This document shows positions 9,855 to 18,921 of a DNA stretch of 64,000 bases, piece by piece (the first letter of the stretch is position 1; the number at the start of each line of letters is the position of its first letter). The notes beneath the pieces were generated by a model, which was not told where the DNA came from, ran no database searches, and saw only the letters and a program-made list of their open reading frames with translations. Source of the stretch: Candidatus Binatia bacterium (GTDB lineage Bacteria > Desulfobacterota > Binatia > HRBIN30); the NCBI GenBank assembly GCA_038245295.1, contig JBBRSP010000002.1, positions 160,001-224,000 of the forward strand. Reading direction: 5' to 3'. A program made the position numbers and the translations under genes.

Positions 9855-10133
9855 TCAAGCGGCGTGCCGCTTCGCCATCGATTCGGCAAGGAGCAACTTG
9901 ATTAACGCCTGGTACGGAACGTCACGTGCCGACGCGACAGCCTTCAATTGGTTGAGCAGCGCCGAGGGAAGACGAATCGACACGACTTGCGTTGGAGCTA
10001 CCTTCGGAAGTTCAAGGCCCAACTGTTCCAACGTAAGCGGTCTGGTTGGATCGATCATCACCGACGTGTCCTGCGTATCGTAGTCGCGGATCTCCTTGCG
10101 GCGTGGTTTCGTCGTCTCACGCTTCTGCGTCAT
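9855..10133 (-). CDS. CopG/BrnA-type RHH antitoxin
   Basis: PTQVVSIRLPSALLNQLKAVASARDVPYQALIK motif; ATG 10133 overlaps the toxin end. Confidence 0.85.
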   Translation of the reverse strand: MTQKRETTKPRRKEIRDYDTQDTSVMIDPTRPLTLEQLGLELPKVAPTQVVSIRLPSALLNQLKAVASARDVPYQALIKLLLAESMAKRHAA

Positions 10134-10421
10134 AGATGCGTCTCTCCTGACGTGAGGCGGTGCGGGCCGTGATGACGCGAACCTTTCGACCGCGGCGCGT
10201 GAAGCCAACCATCAGCACCCGAGCTTCCAAACTGCGCCCATACAGAACGTAACGAGCTTCACGGCGGCTCGAGTGGTGCAGATCCTCGAACAGACGCCGG
10301 CGGGGATCGTAGAAGGCGCTTTCCGCCTCGAGACGCGAACCCCCATGCTTGATCTCGTTCTTCTGCACATTCCATTGGTCCCAGTTAAAAACGATCTCCG
10401 CTATTTCGCTACTCGTGGCAA
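10117..10421 (-). pseudogene. BrnT family toxin, apparently frameshifted near its 5' end
   Basis: IVFNWDQWNVQKNEIKHG..EAESAF..RVITAR; no in-frame start upstream of FNWD; TTG 10421 (MPRVAK) hits TAG and one extra base would join the frames. Confidence 0.65.
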
Positions 10422-10524
10422 GGTTTACGCGGCACGCGGTGTAGCGTCAACCACTGCATCAAAGCGATGCACGCCGTCGGTAAGGATCTGGAAGAAGCGG
10501 TCGAGGATGGAAATTCGACGACGA

Positions 10525-10941
10525 CTACACGCCTCGGGATTCAAAGCCTAAGGCACGGGCGGCGGTGGCTTGTTGAGCGTCGTGCGTAGCGAACACGAGT
10601 TGGTGACCGCGCCGCTCCTGCAGCAGCATGGCGCTGGCCAGATGGATCGCATCGAGCGTCTTGACCGCGGTGGCCATGGGCAGGGCGGCACGGCGCAGGA
10701 CCGCTCGCGTCAGCGCAATCCGACCGATGGTCGATTCGATGGTGGCCAGGCCTTCGTGAGCGAGCGCGACACCGTCGTCGTCGAGCGCCGCGGCCAAACG
10801 CAAGCGATCAATCACCCGGCGCACCTCGACTCCCATCAATTCGCTCGCCCACGCCGCTTCCCACTTGCCCCACGCGTCCAACGGCTTGCCCTGAGCCAGC
10901 AGCACGCGCAGCACAGTGCTGGTATCGAGATACACCTTCAT
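10525..10941 (-). CDS. VapC/PIN domain toxin
   Basis: VYLDTS ... E ... KTLDAIHLASA ... FATHDAQQ. Confidence 0.9.
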   Translation of the reverse strand: MKVYLDTSTVLRVLLAQGKPLDAWGKWEAAWASELMGVEVRRVIDRLRLAAALDDDGVALAHEGLATIESTIGRIALTRAVLRRAALPMATAVKTLDAIHLASAMLLQERRGHQLVFATHDAQQATAARALGFESRGV

Positions 10942-11195
10942 CGCTGGTCGCGGCTTTCGCGGAGGAGCCGGCTCACATCGACGCGCCGCCGTAGGCGGAT
11001 CGGTTGCAGCTTCCTCAAGTCGGAGAGCGGCCGGTGCGGCTCGTCCACGTGCAGGTCGCTCCCGTTCTCTTCGATCGGAACGATGCGGGCTATCGGCGTC
11101 TTTCTATCGTAGACCTCGACGGTCTGGCCGCGCCGCACCTCCGCGAGATAGCCACTGAGACGCGCCTTCAACTCGGACACCTTCGCCTGTTTCAT
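10938..11195 (-). CDS. Phd/YefM family antitoxin
   Basis: KVSELKARLSGYLAEVRRGQTVEVYDRKTPIARIVP; 4-bp ATGA overlap with the toxin. Confidence 0.9.
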   Translation of the reverse strand: MKQAKVSELKARLSGYLAEVRRGQTVEVYDRKTPIARIVPIEENGSDLHVDEPHRPLSDLRKLQPIRLRRRVDVSRLLRESRDQR

Positions 11196-11413
11196 GGCCT
11201 CGTTGTGGCCAGATGTGGCCCGGAAGTCAATCTGTACCCCTGGTTGCGGCTCTCGTGCGGAGGTCTCCGTCGATCGGCATGCGTCAGCGGGACGGTCCTA
11301 CCACTTCCGCGGACCTGTTGTTGAAGGGACCCGCGATTCACACGGGTTTGCAACGCGCTCATCTCGTAGTACTGCGAGGAGCAACAACGTTACCAGCAAC
11401 ACAGGAGCCGCCG

Positions 11414-11803
11414 ATGCCCCAGCACGAGATCGAGATCATTCTGATCCGGCAACTCGCCAGTTATCTGGCGATGCCGATCTTCGTCGTCGACGACGCCGGC
11501 AATCTCGTCTTCTACAACGAACCGGCGGAGCATCTCCTGGGCCGGCGCTTCGACGAGACCGGAGAGATGAGCGCCGCGGAGTGGGCCATCGCATGGGCCC
11601 CGGTCGACGACGAGGGGCATGGCCTGGCGCCAGAGGATCTGCCGCTTTACGCCGCCCTCAACGATGGCAGACCGGGCTATCGACGCTTTTGGATTCGCGG
11701 ACTCGACCAGATCAAGCGCCACATCGAATCGGTTGCGTTTCCGCTTGTCGGCCAGGCCGGCAGAAGTCTCGGAGCTGTAGTCATCTTCTGGGAGGCAGTG
11801 TGA
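11414..11803 (+). CDS. stand-alone PAS domain protein
   Basis: AGGAG RBS; PIFVVDDAGNLVFYNEPAEHLLG PAS motif. Confidence 0.85.
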   Translation: MPQHEIEIILIRQLASYLAMPIFVVDDAGNLVFYNEPAEHLLGRRFDETGEMSAAEWAIAWAPVDDEGHGLAPEDLPLYAALNDGRPGYRRFWIRGLDQIKRHIESVAFPLVGQAGRSLGAVVIFWEAV

Positions 11804-12645
11804 GAGTGACGTTCTGGGGCACGCGCGGTTCGCTGGCTGCGCCCGGCGCCGACACGGCACGTTACGGTGGCAACACGTCATGCGTCGAAGTGCGCGGCCC
11901 CGAGGGCAGCGTCGTGGTGATCGATGCCGGGACCGGCATCCGCGCCCTTGGTCAATCACTCCCAGCGGATCTCAAACGCGTCGACATCCTCCTCACCCAT
12001 CTCCACATGGATCACGTGCAAGGGCTCGGGTTCTTCGCGCCGCTCTACAATCCAGGCGTCGAGGTCCACATCTGGGGGCCCGCCAGCACGACGGCGCCGC
12101 TGCGCACCCGGCTCATGCGCTACCTATCGCCACCGCTGTTCCCGGTGCACTTGCGCGACCTGCCGTGCCAACTGATCCTGCACGAAGTGCCGTGCGAACG
12201 GCTACCCATCGGCGAGATGGTCGTGTCGGCCAGCTTGGTGTGCCACCCGGGACCTACCGTCGGCTATCGCATCGAGTCAAAGAACGGATCGCTCGCCTAT
12301 CTATCGGATCACGAGCCGGCGTTGGGGGCGCGTAATTTTCCTGAGTCTGCCGAGTGGACTTCCGGCTACGCGATCGCCGCGAACGTCGACTTGCTGATCC
12401 ACGACGGCCAGTACACCCGCGACGAGTATCTCGAGCACGTCGGCTGGGGACACTCCGCCGCGGAGGACGCGGTGAACTTCGCGAAACTGGCGCAAGTGAA
12501 AGAGCTTGTACTCTTCCACCATGACCCGAACCGAACCGACGCGGAGGTGGATCAGCTCCTGGAGACCACGATGGCGCGCATGCAGACGCCGTTCGCCGTC
12601 ACCGCCGCGGCGGAAGGCACGACGGTCGACATCGGCGCAGCCTAG
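11800..12645 (+). CDS. MBL-fold metallohydrolase (possible cyclic-nucleotide phosphodiesterase)
   Basis: GTGA-coupled to the PAS gene; FWGTRGS, YGGNTSC, THLHMDH, GWGHS, LFHHDP. Confidence 0.85.
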   Translation: MRVTFWGTRGSLAAPGADTARYGGNTSCVEVRGPEGSVVVIDAGTGIRALGQSLPADLKRVDILLTHLHMDHVQGLGFFAPLYNPGVEVHIWGPASTTAPLRTRLMRYLSPPLFPVHLRDLPCQLILHEVPCERLPIGEMVVSASLVCHPGPTVGYRIESKNGSLAYLSDHEPALGARNFPESAEWTSGYAIAANVDLLIHDGQYTRDEYLEHVGWGHSAAEDAVNFAKLAQVKELVLFHHDPNRTDAEVDQLLETTMARMQTPFAVTAAAEGTTVDIGAA

Positions 12646-12709
12646 TTGAGCCCGAACATCGTCAAACTCACGGATCGCACCGGGCAAATGACACCACTAC
12701 CGTGCGCTC

Positions 12710-14989
12710 CTACTGCATCGCCAGCTGGGCTCGGTCTTCACGCTGGGGATCGCGTTGCGACTTGCCCAGGACCTCGACGATGACGTGATCGAGCACGCCC
12801 GGTGTGATCGCGGCGCTACCCTGCAACACCGGAGCGATCGGCGTCATGCGCTGGTAGCCGACGGTAAACGGATCGACGCCGTAGGTGAACGGGGTGACGC
12901 GCGGAATGAACCCGCGGCCGACGGGAACGTCGCCGTACCACAGCTCGAGATCGCCGTTGCCGGAGAGGGGTGCCGCCGGCGTGAACGTGGCGCGCACCAG
13001 CACCTCACCGGCGGGCAGCTCGACGCTTGCCGAAACGGTGGTGAGTTCCGCGCCCAGCAGGTTGTTCACGTAGTGGAGACGGCGGCCGGCGAGATACAAT
13101 GCATAGCCGCCGCAGTGCCCACCGTGGGCGACGAGCACACCCTCGCACGGGCCAGCGGCCGGCACGCGCAGTGAGGCGAGGATCTGGAACTGGCAGTTGC
13201 GTAGGTTGGGCGCCATGGCCTCGGGGATGGACGAGATGCCGGGATAGAAGACGTAACGCTTGCGTCGGAAGCGGGTGTCGCCGTAGCGGCCGGGCTGGTT
13301 GTTGAGCGGCAGCACCTGATGGCGCTCGGCCTCCTTCCACCACAGGTCCTTGAGCTCTTCCAGCTTCTCCGGGTGCTGCGCCGCAACGTCGTGGCACTCC
13401 GAGAAATCTTCGGCAACGTGGTACAGCTCCCAGATGTCTTCATCGAAACTGCGGCTGGCGTCGCTGCCGTCATAGGCGAGCGGCACCGGAGGGTGAAACA
13501 CCACCGCCTTCCAGCCATCGTGATACAGCGCGCGCGAGCCAAGCATCTCGTAGTACTGCGTGAGATGGCGACTGGGCGCCTTCGCCTCTTGCAGGGTGTG
13601 GGCGAAGCTCGTGCCGTCGAACGGACGCTGCGCCACACCGCCGATCTCGTGCGGCGCCGCGATGCCGATGAGATCGAGCAGCGTGGGAGTGACGTCGATG
13701 GCGTGCACGTACTGCTGCCGCGTCGCCCCCGGCGCACCCAAGCGCGCCGGCCAGTGGACGATGAGCGGATCGCAGACCCCGCCCTCGTGCGTGTCGCGCT
13801 TGAAGCGCTTGAGCGGCGTATTTCCCGCCCAGGCCCAGCCCCACGGATAGTGGTTGTTCGCCCGCGGCGTGCCGAGATCGTCGATGCGGCGCAGGTTCTC
13901 CTCGAGGCTCTCCGGAACGAAGTTGAAGAAGTACTGCTCGTTGAACGAACCGCGCGGGCCGCCCTCGGCGGAGGCACCGTTGTCGCTCATGATGAGCACG
14001 ATCGTGTTGTCCGATTCACCGAGCCGCTCGATGAAGTCGAGCACGCGGCCGATCTGCGCGTCGGTGTGGGTGAGAAATCCCGCGTACACTTCCATCATGC
14101 GCGCGTAGAGACGGCGCTCGTCGGCCGACAATGTTTCCCAGGCCGGCACCCAGGACGGACGTTCGGACAGCTGGGTGCCGGCGGGCAGCAGGCCCGACGC
14201 CGTCTGGCGCGCGAAGACCTGCTCGCGCCACGTGTCCCACCCCTGATCGAAGCGGCCGCGATACGGCTGGATGAACGAGCGCGGCGCCTGGTGTGGGGCA
14301 TGGCAGGCGCCCGGCGCGAAATAGAGAAGAAACGGTTTGTCGGCACGGTAGGCGCGTAGATCCTTGATGTAGGAGATGGCGCGATCGGCGAGGTCCTCGG
14401 TGAGGTGGTAGCCCTCGTCGGGCGAACACGGCGGCGACACTTGATGATTGTCGTGGATCAGGTCGGGGTGGTACTGGTCGGTCTCGCCGGCGAGGAAGCC
14501 GTAGTAGCGCTCGAAGCCTTTACTCAGCGGCCAGTGATGCCGCGGCCCGCCGAGGGTCATCTCCGTTGCCGGTGCCAGATGCCACTTGCCGAGCGCGAAG
14601 GTGGCGTAGCCGTTGCGTACCAGGATCTCGGAGAGAAAGCCGTTCTCGGCGGGAATCGTCGCGTCGTAACCGGGGAAGCCGGAGGAGAACTCGACGATAC
14701 GCGCCATGCCGTTGACGTGATGGTTGCGGCCGCTGAGCAGACACGCACGCGTCGGGGAGCACAGCGCGGTGGTATGAAAATTCGCGTAGCGCAGCCCACC
14801 GGCGGCCAGACGGTCGAAGGTCGGCGTGGCGACGTCGGCGCCGTAGCAACCGAACTGGGCGTACCCGACATCGTCGAGCAGCACCATCACGACATTGGGC
14901 GCCCCCGCCGGCGCCTGCTCGAGCGGCGGCCACGCGGCGCGCGACTCTGCAAACGTGCGACCGATCACTCCGTCAAATTTCTTGGCCAT
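12710..14989 (-). CDS. arylsulfatase (Cys-type, FGly-dependent)
   Basis: LDDVG, CSPTRACLLSGR, GKWHL, SDNG; ATG 14989 with GGAG RBS. Confidence 0.92.
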   Translation of the reverse strand: MAKKFDGVIGRTFAESRAAWPPLEQAPAGAPNVVMVLLDDVGYAQFGCYGADVATPTFDRLAAGGLRYANFHTTALCSPTRACLLSGRNHHVNGMARIVEFSSGFPGYDATIPAENGFLSEILVRNGYATFALGKWHLAPATEMTLGGPRHHWPLSKGFERYYGFLAGETDQYHPDLIHDNHQVSPPCSPDEGYHLTEDLADRAISYIKDLRAYRADKPFLLYFAPGACHAPHQAPRSFIQPYRGRFDQGWDTWREQVFARQTASGLLPAGTQLSERPSWVPAWETLSADERRLYARMMEVYAGFLTHTDAQIGRVLDFIERLGESDNTIVLIMSDNGASAEGGPRGSFNEQYFFNFVPESLEENLRRIDDLGTPRANNHYPWGWAWAGNTPLKRFKRDTHEGGVCDPLIVHWPARLGAPGATRQQYVHAIDVTPTLLDLIGIAAPHEIGGVAQRPFDGTSFAHTLQEAKAPSRHLTQYYEMLGSRALYHDGWKAVVFHPPVPLAYDGSDASRSFDEDIWELYHVAEDFSECHDVAAQHPEKLEELKDLWWKEAERHQVLPLNNQPGRYGDTRFRRKRYVFYPGISSIPEAMAPNLRNCQFQILASLRVPAAGPCEGVLVAHGGHCGGYALYLAGRRLHYVNNLLGAELTTVSASVELPAGEVLVRATFTPAAPLSGNGDLELWYGDVPVGRGFIPRVTPFTYGVDPFTVGYQRMTPIAPVLQGSAAITPGVLDHVIVEVLGKSQRDPQREDRAQLAMQ

Positions 14990-15111
14990 GACTTTCTCCT
15001 TCCTTGTACTACTCGCGTTCGATTCCTTCGCAGGACACGCCCAATTCGTTCTGTGGGGCGTGGGGGTTTGGTTTCGGGCGAGCGCTGTGTCGTGTTCTGG
15101 CACACTCGGGC

Positions 15112-15492
15112 TCACCAAACCGTCTTCACGATCTTCGACTTTCTGAGCAGTTTGTCCTTTGTGATCAGCGCAACGCGATGATGAATCGCCGTTGCAACCA
15201 GGAAGCGGTCTGCCGGATCGGGGTGCATACTCAGGCCGTCGGCCAGTATCGCAATTTCTGGCGTCAGCGGGACCGCCTCGACACGCGGAATCCGCTGAAG
15301 CATCTCCGCCCATTCCAGCACCGACATGCCGAGATCGAGGCGGCCCTTACGAACCAGCAGCGCCGTCTCCCAGAACACGATGGCGGGAATACCCAAGCGA
15401 TCTGCCTTGTCGATCGTTGCGGATGCTTTGGCGCTCAACCGCCCGGGGTCGCCTGCCCACCAGACGACCGCATGGGTATCGAGCACGATCAT
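15112..15492 (-). CDS. VapC/PIN domain toxin
   Basis: IVLDTHAVVWW ... FWE ... HPDPADRFLVATA ... LITKD. Confidence 0.9.
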   Translation of the reverse strand: MIVLDTHAVVWWAGDPGRLSAKASATIDKADRLGIPAIVFWETALLVRKGRLDLGMSVLEWAEMLQRIPRVEAVPLTPEIAILADGLSMHPDPADRFLVATAIHHRVALITKDKLLRKSKIVKTVW

Positions 15493-15495
15493 GGG

Positions 15496-15765
15496 CTACT
15501 CGTCGTCGGCGAGTCGCCAGCCCGCCTCAGTGGTTAGCGGTCGGAGGAATTCCCGCTCGCTTACCAGCATCTTGGCGCGGCCGCGCAACGCAGCCAGGAT
15601 CTCTTCTTCACGTTCGCGTTTGCTCACCATCGGTACCAGGCGCGCCACAGGCCGTCCGCGTTTGGTGATCACAACCTCCGTGTGCGTCGCCGCCACCTCG
15701 TCCAGGATCGCGAGGCAACCTTGCTTAAATGCACCTGCGGGAATCGCTTTCGAACTCATGGACAT
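15496..15765 (-). CDS. Phd/YefM family antitoxin
   Basis: AGAFKQGCLAILDEV..EVVITKRGRPVARLVP; ATGTCCATG direct repeat at the start. Confidence 0.9.
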   Translation of the reverse strand: MSMSSKAIPAGAFKQGCLAILDEVAATHTEVVITKRGRPVARLVPMVSKREREEEILAALRGRAKMLVSEREFLRPLTTEAGWRLADDE

Positions 15766-15819
15766 GATCCATGGACATATGCCACGTGCTACTCGCGCAC
15801 AAGCGCAGGCTCAGGCCTC

Positions 15820-16261
15820 GATTGACCTCGCAGACTCGTCGCAGCCGATCACACCCATCTCGGCGAAGAGACGCCGCGCCTCCGTCAGGTCGCGGGTCAT
15901 CCCGTCGATGTCACCCCGCAAGTGGGAAACGTCGCTCCATCGGCAGCGACCGCGGCGATGTCGAGGTCTTCAAACAGGTGGAGGAACTCGCCTACGAGAC
16001 TGCCAGCGATTGCTACGGCCACCAGGTCGGACCCTCGTGCCACCGGTGAGCCACGCCAACTCTCTAACGCCAGGCTTCACTGGACGAACCCGGCGCGTAG
16101 GTCCCGTCTTCATGGGAATCGGCAAACCAGAGCCGCTCAAAGAAGCGCTTCCCGGTTGGTGGTCACGACGCATTACCGGCGAGCACCGACTCGTGTACCG
16201 GGTGGTCGGCAAGGGCACGGCGCGCGAGCTGCAGATCGCGCAGGGCAGCTACCACAACTAA
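15820..16261 (+). pseudogene. degenerate yefM-yoeB (Txe/YoeB) TA remnant
   Basis: GIGKPEPLKEALPGWWSRRITGEHRLVYRV is a YoeB C-terminal half with no N-terminus; a weakly YefM-like stretch (IDLADSSQPI..KR..WETSLH) lies upstream. Confidence 0.7.
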
Positions 16262-16368
16262 CCCTGAGGCGACTGCGTGACTTCACGACCGCGGAGTTTC
16301 ACGCCTCGACGTTTGGAAGCCGCTCGGAACGGCATCTTGGTTGGGAGGCAGTGGTCAGTAGCGAGTCG

Positions 16369-16746
16369 TTAGAGCTTTCGCGTTCCCAGGGCCAACTCCA
16401 CTGCGAAATCGAGCTCGCGGGCCGATATGGGTTTACACAGATAGGCGACGCCACCGCTGCGTCGACCCCATTGGGCGTCGTTATTGGCGCGTCGAGCCGA
16501 AGAGGCGAAGATCACTGGAATGGAGCGGATCTGATCGTCGGCTTTGATCTTGCGGCACAGGGCGTAGCCATCATCTCCGGGAAGCACGACATCGAGTACG
16601 ATGACATCAGGTTGAAAACGCTTGATTTCGTCGTTTAGTCCGTCGCCGGTCGGGCGGAGTACGAACTCGTCGCCTCGAGCCTCCAGTAGGATCCTAAGGT
16701 TAGTGGCTTCTATAGGGTCATCCTCGACGATCAGGATTTTGGGCAT
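16369..16746 (-). CDS. single-domain response regulator (REC)
   Basis: KILIVEDD, PDVIVLDVVLPGDDG, YLCKP. Confidence 0.92.
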   Translation of the reverse strand: MPKILIVEDDPIEATNLRILLEARGDEFVLRPTGDGLNDEIKRFQPDVIVLDVVLPGDDGYALCRKIKADDQIRSIPVIFASSARRANNDAQWGRRSGGVAYLCKPISARELDFAVELALGTRKL

Positions 16747-16780
16747 TCGAACTCTCCTAGGGCATGTCTTGTCGGGGTGG

Positions 16781-18481
16781 CTAGCCCGGCAAGGTGATAC
16801 GAAAACACGTCCCCTCGCCCAGCTTGCTCTCCACCGTGACGGACCCCCTTAACAGTGTGACCAACCGATGCACGATGTACAGCCCGAGACCGCTGCCACC
16901 GGCGTTCACCGACGACGCGCCGTGTGCCTGGCTGAAGGGATCGAACAGCCGCGCAATCGCGTCTTGGGCAATGCCGACGCCGGTATCGCAGACGGACAGC
17001 TCAAGCTTGTCATCAACCACCCGCGTGGCAACCGTAATCCGTCCATGTTTGGTAAATTTGAACGCGTTGTCCACTAGATTCCTGACGATTGCTTTTAGTT
17101 CCGGCGCGGGTAGCCGCAGTCCAGCCGTGCCGGGAGCAAGGCTCCAGATCAACTCGACATCAGAATGCCGGCTAGGCGGTTGGAGATCTATGCTGAGCTG
17201 GTGCAAGATCTGATCGACAGGCTCGAAGACGCGATTGCTGCCCTCGGCGACTGCCTCGGACTGAAACAGTTGTAGGGTGACGCCAACGATGTCCAATCCC
17301 TCGGCGGCTCGCGCTCTGAGCGTCCGGACGAGTTCCAGTTGATCGGCGCTCATGGTTCCGGCGTCGTCGGCCAACATTTCGGCGATGCCGTGAATTATCG
17401 CAAATGTGCCGCGCAATTCGTGCGACAGAGTCGAGGCGAAGTAGGTCTTGATCCGCGTCGCCTTGTCGAGATCCTCGGCCCGGCTTGAGGCTTCGAGGGC
17501 CAGCGCGCCAACCTGTCCTATGCCTTCGAACACGGCGCGTTGAGCTTGCGTGAATGCCTTGCCTGGGCTGCGGTACCCGGCCACTTGAACACCGTAGATC
17601 TCGTCGCCGCGTCGTAATCCGATCATCAACACTCGGGCGATTCCCAATTCCGCCAGTAGTTGCGTCGAGCGGGTCTCTTTTCGCGACGCGTCAATCTCGA
17701 GCAGTTCGTGAAGCTGGATAGCTTTCATTTCATCTGGGACCTGGTCGCTGCGCACAGCGATCCCGAGTGCTTCGCTGAGTCGGGTTGGTTCGCCTTCCCA
17801 GCCAGCAATGACGCGATAGGTATCATCCTCGGAGTTCCAGCGAATCGTGTGCGAGAAGTCACTCTGCATGACCTCGGCGGTAACCTTGCACAATCGATCG
17901 AGAAGGTTGGGGGCGCCCAGTCCTGTGATCAGCTCAAGTCCGACGCGGGTCAGCGCCGTTGCCGTCAACCTCTGTGTGGTCTGCTGACGTAGCAGCCGTT
18001 CCATCTGGAGATGCAAAACCACCTGATCGCGCACGAGTTCAAGAAGACGGCGCTGCGAGCGATTCAACTCCCGTGGCACATGGTCGATGACGCAGACTGT
18101 GCCAATTCGCACGCCATCCTCGATTTCGAGCGGCGCGCCTGCATAGAACCGGATATTGGGTTCCCCTTGCACTAGAGGGTTCTGCGCGAAGCGTTCATCC
18201 TGCTCCGCATCCCGGACCTCGAAGAGGTCCGAGCCAAGGATTGCGTGCGAGCAGAACGCTACATCCCGACTTGTTTCGGAAACTCCCAGTCCGACACGTG
18301 ACTTGAACCACTGGCGGTGTTCGTCGACTAGGCTGATCAGAGCGATCGGTGCTTCACACGCCTGCGCCAGCATGTCCGTGAGATTATCCCACGCTTCATC
18401 GGCGTTTGTATCGAGTATCAGACAATCGTTCAGCACGGCCAAGCGGTGGGCCTCGTTAGGGGGAAGTTCGGCAATCCTCAT
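16781..18481 (-). CDS. GAF-GAF sensor histidine kinase
   Basis: GAF motif IRFYAGAPL; HisKA SHELR; NLVDNAFKFT, DTGVGI, GSGLGL. Confidence 0.9.
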   Translation of the reverse strand: MRIAELPPNEAHRLAVLNDCLILDTNADEAWDNLTDMLAQACEAPIALISLVDEHRQWFKSRVGLGVSETSRDVAFCSHAILGSDLFEVRDAEQDERFAQNPLVQGEPNIRFYAGAPLEIEDGVRIGTVCVIDHVPRELNRSQRRLLELVRDQVVLHLQMERLLRQQTTQRLTATALTRVGLELITGLGAPNLLDRLCKVTAEVMQSDFSHTIRWNSEDDTYRVIAGWEGEPTRLSEALGIAVRSDQVPDEMKAIQLHELLEIDASRKETRSTQLLAELGIARVLMIGLRRGDEIYGVQVAGYRSPGKAFTQAQRAVFEGIGQVGALALEASSRAEDLDKATRIKTYFASTLSHELRGTFAIIHGIAEMLADDAGTMSADQLELVRTLRARAAEGLDIVGVTLQLFQSEAVAEGSNRVFEPVDQILHQLSIDLQPPSRHSDVELIWSLAPGTAGLRLPAPELKAIVRNLVDNAFKFTKHGRITVATRVVDDKLELSVCDTGVGIAQDAIARLFDPFSQAHGASSVNAGGSGLGLYIVHRLVTLLRGSVTVESKLGEGTCFRITLPG

Positions 18482-18921
18482 AGAGCTTCGCGATCTGTGC
18501 GGGCGATTAAACACTTTCCAGCAGCGCTCGGCAACGGCCAGCCGACTCCATCAACTTGTCAGCGCGGCAAACCCGGCAGCGCCGCTGACGGTTGTGAGTT
18601 GCCCGAACCACTACGTGGCAGGCCGGACCCGGCCGCCGGAACACACTCCCGCGTACTCCCGGCGCGTGCGCTCGGGGACACCTGTCCGCAGAGGGCCCCC
18701 TCTGCCGTCGACCCAAGTCAACCTGGACACGCGGTGGCGGTCGGGCAGACCCCTGCAGACCGCGGTTCGCTGCTGGCATTGATGTGAGTACTGGCAACGA
18801 TTCACACTGAGTACACCCAACTTGCTTTGCTGGGCCAAGCCCCGTTGACGGCGTGCCATGTGGTCTTGGCCCTCGGTTTGATGAGTCTGTCGCGGCGTGC
18901 CGCGCCCGCTATAATGACAAT

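Noticed and set aside
8447..9889. 480-aa ORF as an intact gene
   Set aside because: It is a patchwork: conserved segments switch frames and the tail is translated REP sequence.
16062..16374. CTCTAAC...GTTAGAG as an integron attC site
   Set aside because: About 310 bp apart, no internal L-box palindrome seen, and the right motif is the stop codon of the REC gene; no integrase in the window.
18781..18812. TGTGA...TCACA as a CRP site upstream of uvrC or the kinase
   Set aside because: The half-site spacing is 14 bp rather than 6.
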